54,473 bases of DNA from a virus (lineage: Duplodnaviria > Caudoviricetes). The notes beneath the pieces are model-generated. The model saw only the letters and a list, made by a program, of their open reading frames with translations. It made no database searches and had not been told where the DNA came from. A program made the translations under genes and the position numbers. The stretch is from the IMG/VR virus record IMGVR_UViG_3300030060_004062, positions 1 to 54,473 of that record; one strand, 5' to 3'. Below are positions 37,987 through 46,809 of this stretch, piece after piece (position 1 is the first letter of the stretch; the number at the start of each line of letters is the position of its first letter).

Positions 37987-39383
37987 GTTCTAAACACCGT
38001 AGTTTGACCCTCAATCATCGTCGCTGCGTCATCGGGGTTTAAGTCACGCAGCTCTAGCCCGCGATTTGCCAATGCAACATCATCGGTAAATTCCTCGGCG
38101 TTCAGCTTGTATGCAAGAACAAAGGAAGAAACCGGAGCACCCAGATTGATTGTTGTGGTATCAAATGTTTGCTGTCTTTTCTGATCCAGAACAGCCAAAG
38201 AAGCAAGCCTTACATCTTCAACAGCAGTTCTTACGTTAGAATCAGACTGTATAAGTTCAGAATCCTGCGTATCGACACGCATTAACTGTTCATGTGCGTT
38301 TTCAAGTTCCTGCCTGACTGTATTCACATCATCAATGGTTCTGTACTCATTAGCCGCCGCAACCTCATAAGCCGCTATAAGTGCGTTTATACGTGTTGTA
38401 TATACAATGCTCTCGCGATTTGCGTTACGCTCAATCCTTCCTTGAGTTGTCGCAGGCCACAAAGGGACACTAGCGCCAGAAGCATCAGAAACATAATCCC
38501 CACGAATGTCTGACAATCTCAGCGCCAACCCAGCGCCAAAGTTCGTCAAGGATATCAAGTCACCAAAAGCTGAGCTTAGTGGACTTTGAAACGTATTGAG
38601 AAGGTCAAGCCCCTGATTAAGGCTAAACGTTCCTGTAGCTGCGCTTTCAGATGCAACCCTACTAAGTCCCAAGCTGATGTTCTGCCAGAAACCGGGATTG
38701 TTAACATCTGAAGCCCCGACGAATGTTGCGGCCAAATCACCGCCACTTCTAATCAAAGACGAGGCGTTCAACTGCGTGTTCTGGATAATTCGCCCAACCT
38801 TGCTCAGTGTTTCAACCGGTAGGGTGTTCTTTATTTCTTCGTATGAATCTGCAATTGCTTGCTGAAAATCGTACTCAGCAACCGACGCATTAGCCGCCGT
38901 GTCAGGGTTTATCCAATCACTTGCCAATGTGTTTTCGGTCTGCAACCTAGCTTCATCACCAAGCTGATACACTTCCTCAACATCAACAGGCGATTGAGCC
39001 GGACCCGCAGCAGGGCGACCTGCGGCAAACTCAAGGTTGAACGCTATTTCACCAACAGACTGTTGGCTTGCATCAATGGAATACGGAAGCGCATAAACGT
39101 TTTGCGTTCCAAAAACCGGAAGCGTAAGGCTACCAGCCCCAGACTCATTCAGGGCTTGTCTTAGGGCATCTGACCTAGCCTTGAAGTCCGATCCAGTTAC
39201 AAACGCCCTGACAGTGAATTTAGGCGGCAGTTGCCCCAAGTCCTCAACAAATCGCTCGCTTGAGTTTACGTACTCATGCAATACGATCTTTCGACCCTCT
39301 TCAGGTAGGATTTCACTCCTTACGAGGAACGGTATTCCCTTGAATGATGCCGGTAAAAGCTGTCTTGTTAGATTATCTGTCAT
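37983..39383 (-). CDS. DNA circularisation protein (Mu gpN-like)
   Basis: LLPASFKGIPF...GR....HEY.......EDLG...G.G.L..P.FG. Confidence 0.9.
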   Translation of the reverse strand: MTDNLTRQLLPASFKGIPFLVRSEILPEEGRKIVLHEYVNSSERFVEDLGQLPPKFTVRAFVTGSDFKARSDALRQALNESGAGSLTLPVFGTQNVYALPYSIDASQQSVGEIAFNLEFAAGRPAAGPAQSPVDVEEVYQLGDEARLQTENTLASDWINPDTAANASVAEYDFQQAIADSYEEIKNTLPVETLSKVGRIIQNTQLNASSLIRSGGDLAATFVGASDVNNPGFWQNISLGLSRVASESAATGTFSLNQGLDLLNTFQSPLSSAFGDLISLTNFGAGLALRLSDIRGDYVSDASGASVPLWPATTQGRIERNANRESIVYTTRINALIAAYEVAAANEYRTIDDVNTVRQELENAHEQLMRVDTQDSELIQSDSNVRTAVEDVRLASLAVLDQKRQQTFDTTTINLGAPVSSFVLAYKLNAEEFTDDVALANRGLELRDLNPDDAATMIEGQTTVFRT

Positions 39384-39390
39384 TCAACCA

Positions 39391-41184
39391 TCAATCAAAA
39401 GGATTCCACCAGCTATCTCCTTGACTTCCTGTGTTCAGGCCAATCTCAGAGGATGTAACTTTTGAGCCGGGAGCAGCAGCGACTTCAATTCGCCCCGACA
39501 TATTCATGTTGTTGTTAACTCTTGCGGCCTTTTGATCTGCGACACTTTTTGTCGCCTCGTCATCACCAAATCCAAAAAAGCTTTTCGCATCTGAAATGCC
39601 GCCAGAAAAAGTTTCTTTTATGCTTCCAAGATTAGAAGACACGCTTTCCAAAGCCTGCATCGCCCCGCCATTTACTAACGAATCCACTCCCTCAACCAGC
39701 ATTTTTACGTATTGCACTGCAGCCTTTAATGGAACAAGCATAATCTTTATTGCTGTTCCAATTTTATCTAGAGCCCACGCAAACCCGTCAAACGAATCTC
39801 CACCGTTTTCTACTACACCGAAAAGATCAAGGATTGGCGATATGGCCTTTCCGGCTTCGCTTGCTATTTCTTTGACCATTTGAATAACGGGATGACCTGT
39901 GTTCCACCAATAGACAAAACCCGCAGCAAGACCCGCAACGGCAGCGGCGATCAACCCAAACGGAGAAAGAAGGACAGACAGAGACATTGCCAAGGCACCA
40001 AGCCCCATAGCAAGAATAGGGATTATGGCGACAAGAGAAGCTATTGCCGCTCCGAACTTAATTAGGGCAGGATTGTTATTGATAAATTCTTTCATGACCT
40101 TTCCAGCCGCCACAAAGAATTTTGCCAAAACCACAACTACAGGCTTTATGACATCCCCAATTGCCTCAAATGTATTTACCGCAACGGCCCTCAAAATACT
40201 AAATACGGTGCTTGATCGACCAGCCCTATTTTCAAGCTCCCTCATCATAGAGTTTAGAGCACGATCACTAGCCGCCTGTTTCATTGTTTCTTCTAAAGTG
40301 TCAATTCGGTTGATGGCTTTTTCAATAAATCTAGCCGCTTCAGGCCCGAAAACTTTTTGGAGAACAGCACCCCTCTTCGATACGTCAATCTTTGCAAACT
40401 TTTCTAGTTGCTCTGTCAGAGCGCCAACCGGATCAGCCATAAGCTCCTTGATAAGCTTTGGGCTTCTCTTGAACTTGTTGAACATCATGTTTAGTCCAGA
40501 TGCAGCAAGTTCACTAGTTGTCTCTACTTGGTTCGCGAATGCAGCAAGACCAGAAACAACCTCTGGCGGAAACCGCATTGTCCCCATGGTGCCGCTTGTT
40601 CTCTCAATGATGTTGATCATGTCTGGGCCGTTGGCGGCAAAGCTATCCGCCAAGAAGTTAACCTGATCCATCAAGTCGCTGATGGCTGTTTGACTTAATC
40701 CAAGCTTTGCCCTAATAGAACCTAGCGCCCTACCCGCCTCGGAGTCAGCCATGTCGAAAGCTACAGCAGTACGCGCACCAAGCTTAACAAAATCATCAAG
40801 CTCCTCAAGAGGTATGCCCATCTTCAGACCCTCAAAGGCTTGCTGCAATAGACCTACTTTGTCTTTGCCAAGCTCTTCTGATAGAGCCTCCATAGACGAT
40901 TCCATTGCATTGAGCTGAGAATCAGTTAGATCACCTACGCGCACAAGGTCTGCAAGAGCATCTTCGACCGCAACCGACTGCTTAACGAACTTAGTAAGCG
41001 CAGCGCCCACAGCAGCGCCACCAACAGCACCGGCAAGATTCTGCATTTTATCGCCGGTTCTCTGTAGCCTCTCACCCATGGAAATAACCCCACGAGTGGC
41101 TTTTTTTACCTTGCGTTCAAATGCGTTAAGAGGCCCGGAAAACCTGTCAACTACCTGATAAATATACTCAATTGAGTTGCTCAT
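39391..41184 (-). CDS. Tape measure protein (TP901 family)
   Basis: VDRFSGPL N-terminus; Ala-rich helical sequence; follows the chaperone genes. Confidence 0.9.
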   Translation of the reverse strand: MSNSIEYIYQVVDRFSGPLNAFERKVKKATRGVISMGERLQRTGDKMQNLAGAVGGAAVGAALTKFVKQSVAVEDALADLVRVGDLTDSQLNAMESSMEALSEELGKDKVGLLQQAFEGLKMGIPLEELDDFVKLGARTAVAFDMADSEAGRALGSIRAKLGLSQTAISDLMDQVNFLADSFAANGPDMINIIERTSGTMGTMRFPPEVVSGLAAFANQVETTSELAASGLNMMFNKFKRSPKLIKELMADPVGALTEQLEKFAKIDVSKRGAVLQKVFGPEAARFIEKAINRIDTLEETMKQAASDRALNSMMRELENRAGRSSTVFSILRAVAVNTFEAIGDVIKPVVVVLAKFFVAAGKVMKEFINNNPALIKFGAAIASLVAIIPILAMGLGALAMSLSVLLSPFGLIAAAVAGLAAGFVYWWNTGHPVIQMVKEIASEAGKAISPILDLFGVVENGGDSFDGFAWALDKIGTAIKIMLVPLKAAVQYVKMLVEGVDSLVNGGAMQALESVSSNLGSIKETFSGGISDAKSFFGFGDDEATKSVADQKAARVNNNMNMSGRIEVAAAPGSKVTSSEIGLNTGSQGDSWWNPFD

Positions 41185-41372
41185 TATTTCTTTTTCATCC
41201 GGGCTTCTTGATCACGTATTATTTTTGTCTGCCTATCTCTTATTACTTCAATTTGATAGACAGACATATAGTCAACTTCAGAGTAACTTAAAGCGCCTTC
41301 CGCTCTGTAGACTGTGTCATAGACGTATTCGATCCACTTTCGTCTAGAAAATCCAATCCGATAGTAAAATTT
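41184..41372 (-). CDS. Tail assembly chaperone -1 frameshift extension (gpT-like)
   Basis: -1 frame ORF overlapping the chaperone 3' end, entered at slippery A-AAT-TTT (41372-41366); its stop is coupled to the TMP start. Confidence 0.7.
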   Translation of the reverse strand, partial: KFYYRIGFSRRKWIEYVYDTVYRAEGALSYSEVDYMSVYQIEVIRDRQTKIIRDQEARMKKK

Positions 41373-41839
41373 GCACAATAGGCTACTGCCATACCCACCA
41401 TGTCTTTCGGGTTTAGTTCCTCAAACATCTCAGATGTCATTGGAACCTCACCTTCCACCAAGGCAAGAGGTGCATTCTTAAATGTCACCATTTTCTTGAA
41501 GTTATGAACGAAAGCAGAACGATCAACCGATGAAACCTTTAAGGCAACATCAATCATATCTTTCATATCTTCCGATTCAAGCTTGTGATCATCCTCTGTT
41601 CGATCAGTGAACTTTTTAACCTCTTCGCCGGTTTCTTCTTTTTGTTTTCTTTCTTCACTGACCTTGCGCATGTCGAAGAACGCCTTGGTAATGGCGCACT
41701 CAAGCTTATCCGCATACTCAAAATGTTTGCCGTTAAACTCAGAAAGCTCAACAAACTCAACTTCCCGAAAATCACCTTTTACCGGCATTTTAACGGGACG
41801 TTTAAGCGTATAGATCATTTTACCATCAATATGTGACAT
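41288..41839 (-). CDS. Tail assembly chaperone (gpG-like)
   Basis: Lies between tube and TMP; YTLKRPV N-terminus. Confidence 0.75.
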   Translation of the reverse strand: MSHIDGKMIYTLKRPVKMPVKGDFREVEFVELSEFNGKHFEYADKLECAITKAFFDMRKVSEERKQKEETGEEVKKFTDRTEDDHKLESEDMKDMIDVALKVSSVDRSAFVHNFKKMVTFKNAPLALVEGEVPMTSEMFEELNPKDMVGMAVAYCANFTIGLDFLDESGSNTSMTQSTERKAL

Positions 41840-41864
41840 AGTGGTTTCCTGCCTTTATGTCTGA

Positions 41865-42257
41865 TTAGCCGATTTGAATCGGATTGCCTTTGAACTCAAG
41901 CGGAATATCACCGTCTGAAGTAAGGCTCATTTCTGGATCGTTCGAGAGGGACGCGGTAGACATGTTCATTTGAATTCCGCTATCCACATACTGGATTACC
42001 AATTCGCCCGGAGTAGATTTCCATGCGGCGATTTTTCCAGCAGAATCCGACGTGTTAGGCAGGGAAAAGTTAATTGCCCCCACCTTTGTCTCAGCATTTA
42101 CAGAGTGAACCGTTTCAATGCTGTCGCCGCCGCCAGATGTTGACCGAACGTTAGTTTCACCAAAACCACCAGTTACCATAAGGGTGTTGGGGATGATGTA
42201 AACAGTTTCGCCATTAACTCGGACGGAGCCGTTAGATAGTGCTTTTGACATACCCAA
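41865..42257 (-). CDS. Tail tube protein (Mu gpM-like)
   Basis: 130 aa after the sheath; ends DG.IPLEFKG. Confidence 0.8.
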   Translation of the reverse strand: MGMSKALSNGSVRVNGETVYIIPNTLMVTGGFGETNVRSTSGGGDSIETVHSVNAETKVGAINFSLPNTSDSAGKIAAWKSTPGELVIQYVDSGIQMNMSTASLSNDPEMSLTSDGDIPLEFKGNPIQIG

Positions 42258-42262
42258 TCACC

Positions 42263-43867
42263 TTACAGAGTAATAGTTGTTGAGCTTGACCTGATATCAA
42301 AATCAAGCGCCAAGTTGTAGTTAACGTCACGAATCTGAGTGACAATCGGAAGCGGCCCGTTAATCGCAACAGAGCCGGTTGCAAGCGTTACATCAATCGT
42401 TGTGTTGTCGCTGAAATACTTTACAGCAGCCTGACCAGCCTGAACTAGAACGTTTGCCGCAAGAACTTGGTAGATATCCAGAAGATCGGCACGAATTGAG
42501 TTTTCGTTTTCAATCGACCGACCCGGAACCAGATCACCTTGAGTCAAGCGTGATTGCGAGTAGTTAGACTTCAAAACGTTAAAGAAAATCTCACGGCAAA
42601 CCGAACCGGTGCGAACATAGTTCAGATACAAGAAGCTATCGTTTGCATTGCCAGCCGCATCAGTGGTGCGGGTAGTAACAACCGGACCCATGATCATCGT
42701 ATTCAGAGCGCGGTTAACACCAAACGTTGTAAAACCAGCGTTCTCAAGCTCAACCTGTTCAGTCGCGGTGTACAGGTTCGTTGGTGACGTTACCGGAGCA
42801 TTCGCAAGCGGGGTATTAAAGTACGGCAGGGAAGCCAAAGCTGGTCCACCAGTCGCATCATTCGGTGCATTTGATGCCGTGATACGATCCGCAATCTGCG
42901 ATCCAGTCGAAAGCCGCTTGTCATCAACCGACATAAAGTAGGTCAAAATCCAGTCAGCAGGCTGTAGTATTGCGGGGCCTTTATGCGTTGCGGTGTCAAG
43001 CTTGTTGTTGCCGCCTACAACCAATGACTGGTCGTTAAGCGATGCAACCTTGGACTTGGCATTTGCTACCGTTGCGCTGAATCCGTGGAAAACAACGCCA
43101 TCCATAATCTGATTGGAAGCGTTGAACCGTGCGCTGAAATAGTCAGTAGCGGTGTCAAGGTCAGAAGTCCAACCTTCAGGCCAGCTTACAGAGGTGTAGC
43201 GGATGCCTTCGATGACGTCAAACACACCGGTAAATGATGGATCAGTAGAACCACCGGCCCAACCTGTCAGCGTGGCAGTTACACCAGCAACAGAATTATC
43301 TACGTTCTCGTATTTCAGGCCGTAGGTGTTGCCTAGTGATCCGACATCATCAGCCGTTAGTGTTAGCGTTCCGGTAGCATTTGACGCAGTGAAAGGCACG
43401 TAATCAAGCGCATCGAATGCAGCATCAACAGCAGCCGCGATTTCCGTTGCCGTGTCGCCAGTCGTTACAGATACATCAACTTGGAACTGAGTCTGATCAA
43501 CTGCGGTGATACGCAAAGTGCCATCAGAAGTCGCAGTGCCAGAAAATGCAATTTCAGCGGTTGCCGCTACGCCTGAACCATTCGGATCAAGTGAAATGAC
43601 ATCAAGCTTCGGAATAACAACAGAATTGTCTTTGTTAACACCAAGGAACCAGTTATTGATTCGATGATACGCCTCATCCTCACCAAAAGCGGCGCGGACT
43701 TGGGCGCGTGTCATAAGGTGAACATCGGTAACGAGCGCACCAGATGTAGCAGAGCCACCCGTGCCCGTCTGGCATACGATAAGGCTCTTACGATCCTCAA
43801 ACGCATCTACCAGAGGTGCCTGGAGTAGCTGAATATTTCCGCGGGGATTACTTGAGGGTGAACCCAT
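42263..43867 (-). CDS. Contractile tail sheath protein (Mu gpL-like)
   Basis: 534 aa; GVAAT..I.FSGTAT..G, EQ.EL...G.T and VTT.TT.AAG.ANDSFL. Confidence 0.9.
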   Translation of the reverse strand: MGSPSSNPRGNIQLLQAPLVDAFEDRKSLIVCQTGTGGSATSGALVTDVHLMTRAQVRAAFGEDEAYHRINNWFLGVNKDNSVVIPKLDVISLDPNGSGVAATAEIAFSGTATSDGTLRITAVDQTQFQVDVSVTTGDTATEIAAAVDAAFDALDYVPFTASNATGTLTLTADDVGSLGNTYGLKYENVDNSVAGVTATLTGWAGGSTDPSFTGVFDVIEGIRYTSVSWPEGWTSDLDTATDYFSARFNASNQIMDGVVFHGFSATVANAKSKVASLNDQSLVVGGNNKLDTATHKGPAILQPADWILTYFMSVDDKRLSTGSQIADRITASNAPNDATGGPALASLPYFNTPLANAPVTSPTNLYTATEQVELENAGFTTFGVNRALNTMIMGPVVTTRTTDAAGNANDSFLYLNYVRTGSVCREIFFNVLKSNYSQSRLTQGDLVPGRSIENENSIRADLLDIYQVLAANVLVQAGQAAVKYFSDNTTIDVTLATGSVAINGPLPIVTQIRDVNYNLALDFDIRSSSTTITL

Positions 43868-44070
43868 TACGAATCAGCCTTCTTTTTAGTAGTTACAGAC
43901 TTAACAACTTCAACAGCGCCATCCATACCGGCATCCCGCAGGCGGTTGCGCCAATAGCGATCTAGCGGAACACCGTCTTTGTCCGCCTTTACCATGATTG
44001 TTGATCCGGGCTTTACACCGTTCAAAATCACGTCACTCTTGTTGACAAGAGTAATTGTGTTTTGCTTCAT
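43867..44070 (-). CDS. DUF2635-like small tail protein
   Basis: GVPLDRYWRNRLRD motif, directly upstream of the sheath. Confidence 0.65.
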   Translation of the reverse strand: MKQNTITLVNKSDVILNGVKPGSTIMVKADKDGVPLDRYWRNRLRDAGMDGAVEVVKSVTTKKKADS

Positions 44071-44188
44071 TGATTTGTTCTCATATGCGGAGATCATTGC
44101 GCAATGTTCTCTTTTCGTTTCAATCCACAGCATTATGAAGCACAAAAGAAGAACATTCAATAATTTGTTTGATTGTGTGATTTTTCTG

Positions 44189-44366
44189 TTGACAGGTTAC
44201 GTTTATTGCCGTATGTTTATGTCGGATAGAAAGTCGTGATAAACGTTCGTTTAAAGTTGGCATGGCAACTATACTGGTGATGTGTGTGACGCTGAGTTTT
44301 TCACGATAATTTCATACAGCTAATTACCAGACCAGAGATAGGCCCTCTTCGGAGGGTCTTTTCTTT
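44189..44366 (+). ncRNA. Candidate promoter-terminator-bounded sRNA (~140 nt)
   Basis: TTGACA-17-TATGTT promoter, hairpins and GGCCCTC-TTCG-GAGGGTC-T-run terminator; no ORF longer than 15 aa found. Confidence 0.5.
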
Positions 44367-44461
44367 TGGATGTAAATGTAATGTTATAACATAACACTTT
44401 TTGATTCAGATACTATTAACCGCCTTTTCTCCCTGCAATCTTAAAGAAATTACCGTTCTTT

Positions 44462-44690
44462 TTTGCAGTCTCAGACCACGAGAAGCCATAAGGCCGGATA
44501 CTTCGTTTCCCTTTTGCGCCAGTGTGACGCATCGCAAGGCTTACCTTCCTCACGAACTCCCATGTCCCTTAAGCGGATCGGACAAATCCTAGATAGATTA
44601 TTCCCCGTGGTCAGTGGGGTGGAACTCTACCTAGAAAGCAAAATCCCCCGGTGGTGCCGGTTTGCAGGTTCCCGTTGCTGGCAAGCAGAG
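44462..44690 (-). ncRNA. Candidate multi-hairpin structured RNA or origin-associated element
   Basis: Consecutive hairpins in a GC-richer stretch with no credible ORF; strand uncertain. Confidence 0.4.
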
Positions 44691-45060
44691 CGGAATTTAA
44701 TTGTCATCTTGTTTAGCATCGCGACGACCAAACGATATGGGAAAGTTTTTATAGATAAAATGACGATACAAGTTGAAATTATAGATAATTCTGGTATCTT
44801 CATTTTTACAGACGCGGAAACAACCGTTCCAAAAACCGTGTCTGTCTGGCGGCACGATGTTGATAGCATCTGTCGCCGCTTTCTTTTTATAGGGTGTTTC
44901 TATCTGAAAATCAACCACGAAAAAAGGCAGCGCTTCGAACACTGCCTTTTACTTTTAGGGTCGGTAATGATTCCAATCTAAATCAAAACGACCATCAATC
45001 TCCAATGACTTATATAAAGTACTTAATTTCCAACAAAGAATCAACAAAAAAAAAGCCCCG

Positions 45061-45258
45061 CTATTGCGAGGCTAAACGTCTTGCTATTGTTTCAAATGGC
45101 TCTGGATCGTGACCAGTTACCTTATACCACGTTTCGCTTGTCCAGTTATAGTTAGGCATTACAGACTTTACTACTCCGTAGAATGTTCCTTGTGCAAGCT
45201 TAACTGATACCTTATCTCCAACTTTAAATGATCGCATGGATTGGGTGGTTGTCATCAT
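45061..45258 (-). CDS. Small SH3/KOW-like protein
   Basis: FKVGDKVSV...GVV...WYKV; followed by a terminator at ~45046-45074. Confidence 0.6.
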   Translation of the reverse strand: MMTTTQSMRSFKVGDKVSVKLAQGTFYGVVKSVMPNYNWTSETWYKVTGHDPEPFETIARRLASQ

Positions 45259-45430
45259 ACATATCCAGATTAACTGTCACTTCGTACATATCGAACTGAG
45301 CCATTTCATCGGCACGTTTTTTAATGATTTTTTCAAGGTGCGGCGGCAAAGTAGGTTCTTTAACGATAAAACCTTTTTTCTCAAGTTTCTTTTTATTTTT
45401 AAGGCTAACGATAATTGCTTTGGTGTTCAT
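45224..45430 (-). CDS. Hypothetical protein
   Basis: GAGGAG RBS; TTGACA-17-TATAAC promoter at 45488-45460. Confidence 0.65.
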   Translation of the reverse strand: MNTKAIIVSLKNKKKLEKKGFIVKEPTLPPHLEKIIKKRADEMAQFDMYEVTVNLDMYDDNHPIHAII

Positions 45431-45536
45431 CTGTCTATCTCCTCTGTGTTGATAAGTATGTTATACGACGTATGGCGAAACATGTCAACAAGAAAATGCA
45501 TAAAAAAGACCGCCCATTTAGAGCGGCCTTCTTGCA

Positions 45537-45764
45537 TTAGGCTTTCAGCTTTTCTTGAAGGATATCTAAGAGGCACAAAAGATCGTCAGCGGCTGTTTCG
45601 GCCTCCATCATATCCTCTAGTGCATCAAAAGACTTGTCGCTTTTTTGTTCAGCGTGAAGCGTTCTCAATTGATTTACAGCCTCCGCAATAGAATATGTCA
45701 GAGACTCGGTTTCATCAATTACTCGCTGGGTTATTTCAATCTGTTTCATCACACACAACCTCAA
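45537..45764 (-). CDS. Hypothetical coiled-coil protein
   Basis: Followed by a terminator at ~45502-45530. Confidence 0.6.
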   Translation of the reverse strand: MRLCVMKQIEITQRVIDETESLTYSIAEAVNQLRTLHAEQKSDKSFDALEDMMEAETAADDLLCLLDILQEKLKA

Positions 45765-45997
45765 AAATGTTTGGCGTGATAAGAGTCAATAGTCTTTCCT
45801 GATTCGCTCATCACGAAAACAGAAAACGCCTCATATTCAAGAAATTCTCCCATATCTTCGTGCAGCACGAGGTTGATTTCACACAGTCCACCAGATGGAG
45901 TCTCAAAAGAAATTGTTCCATTTGGTGTTTTTAGAACGCTGCGTGCTTCCTGAACAAGCTCAAGATTTCCGCAGTGTTTCGTCTTTAGGTACATCAT
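45761..45997 (-). CDS. Conserved phage hypothetical protein
   Basis: C-terminal FVMSESGKTI motif; directly follows the tRNAs. Confidence 0.6.
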   Translation of the reverse strand: MMYLKTKHCGNLELVQEARSVLKTPNGTISFETPSGGLCEINLVLHEDMGEFLEYEAFSVFVMSESGKTIDSYHAKHF

Positions 45998-46024
45998 GTC
46001 TTTCTACTTTCTTTCTGTCTAAGT

Positions 46025-46098
46025 TGGAGCCACAGGCAGGAATAGAACCTACAAAACCTCACTACAAAAGAGGAGTGATACCATTTCACCACAGTGGC
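46025..46098 (-). tRNA. tRNA-Thr(TGT), partly degenerate
   Basis: GCCACTG...TTTGTAG...CTGTGGCTCCA; U-U mismatches in the acceptor and anticodon stems; T-loop TTCTATT. Confidence 0.75.
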
Positions 46099-46100
46099 AT

Positions 46101-46176
46101 TGGTCTAGGTGGCAGGACTTGAACCTGCGGCCTCTGGTTTCCAAAACCAGAGCTCTACCAACTGAGCTACACCTAG
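46101..46176 (-). tRNA. tRNA-Pro(TGG)
   Basis: Perfect cloverleaf; C1-G72, A73; loop TTTGGAA; CCA encoded. Confidence 0.95.
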
Positions 46177-46178
46177 TT

Positions 46179-46253
<75 letters not shown>

Positions 46254-46383
46254 ATAAATTAAATGGTGGGGCGCAACCAAATAGTCACCCCCACCCAAAA
46301 GCCGAATACAAAACAGGGTTGGAAACCTGAAATGTTTTGGTTGTTGTACCTATCATCGCAATGAAAGGCGAACTTCCCCGGCA

Positions 46384-46788
46384 CTATTTCGTCAATTCTT
46401 CCAGATCACCACGAAAGTCAATATATGGGATGATTGATTGCGGCTTGAAGGTTACACGGTAATGGTACTCGCTAACACTTGCAGAATCAACCTGCTCAGC
46501 AAATTATGTTACGTTGTCAGAAAGGCCAAGAAAGTTCTTCTTGTACTGACCGGGCCCAGTCTTGCAAGTCACGGTCAACTGACCTGATTTGTCGTAATTT
46601 CCAAGAGAGCACTTGCCCTCCATTACAAGCATATACTCGCTTGTGATCCCATTGTAGAACACAATGCGACGATCAATCTCAAAGTTGTCAGCAGCTTTTG
46701 ACAGGTTACTTGATGCAATGTCAGCGTCATTACACGCGGAAAGGCCAATAGCCACCAATGGAACAGCAAGAAATTTAAGTTTATTCAT
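46384..46788 (-). pseudogene. Phage lipoprotein interrupted by in-frame TAA (46504-46506)
   Basis: Lipobox LSAC; ADNFEIDRRIVFYNGIT...LGLSDNVT*FAEQ...YHYRVTFKPQSIIP continues in frame to TAG at 46384; AAGGAG RBS. Confidence 0.75.
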
Positions 46789-46809
46789 CTCATTCTCCTT
46801 TATTTCGAT

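Noticed and set aside
40025-40666. Long antisense ORFs (also 15297-15851, 22742-23290, 52136-52810)
   Set aside because: Shadow frames opposite well-supported genes, with no RBS or motifs.
44463-44981. 172-aa plus-strand ORF and overlapping minus-strand ORFs
   Set aside because: No RBS and no protein-like motifs; the region is better explained by RNA or DNA structure.
46264-46296. tRNA-like minihelix ending in CCA
   Set aside because: The CC of CCA is paired within the hairpin and there is no T-loop.
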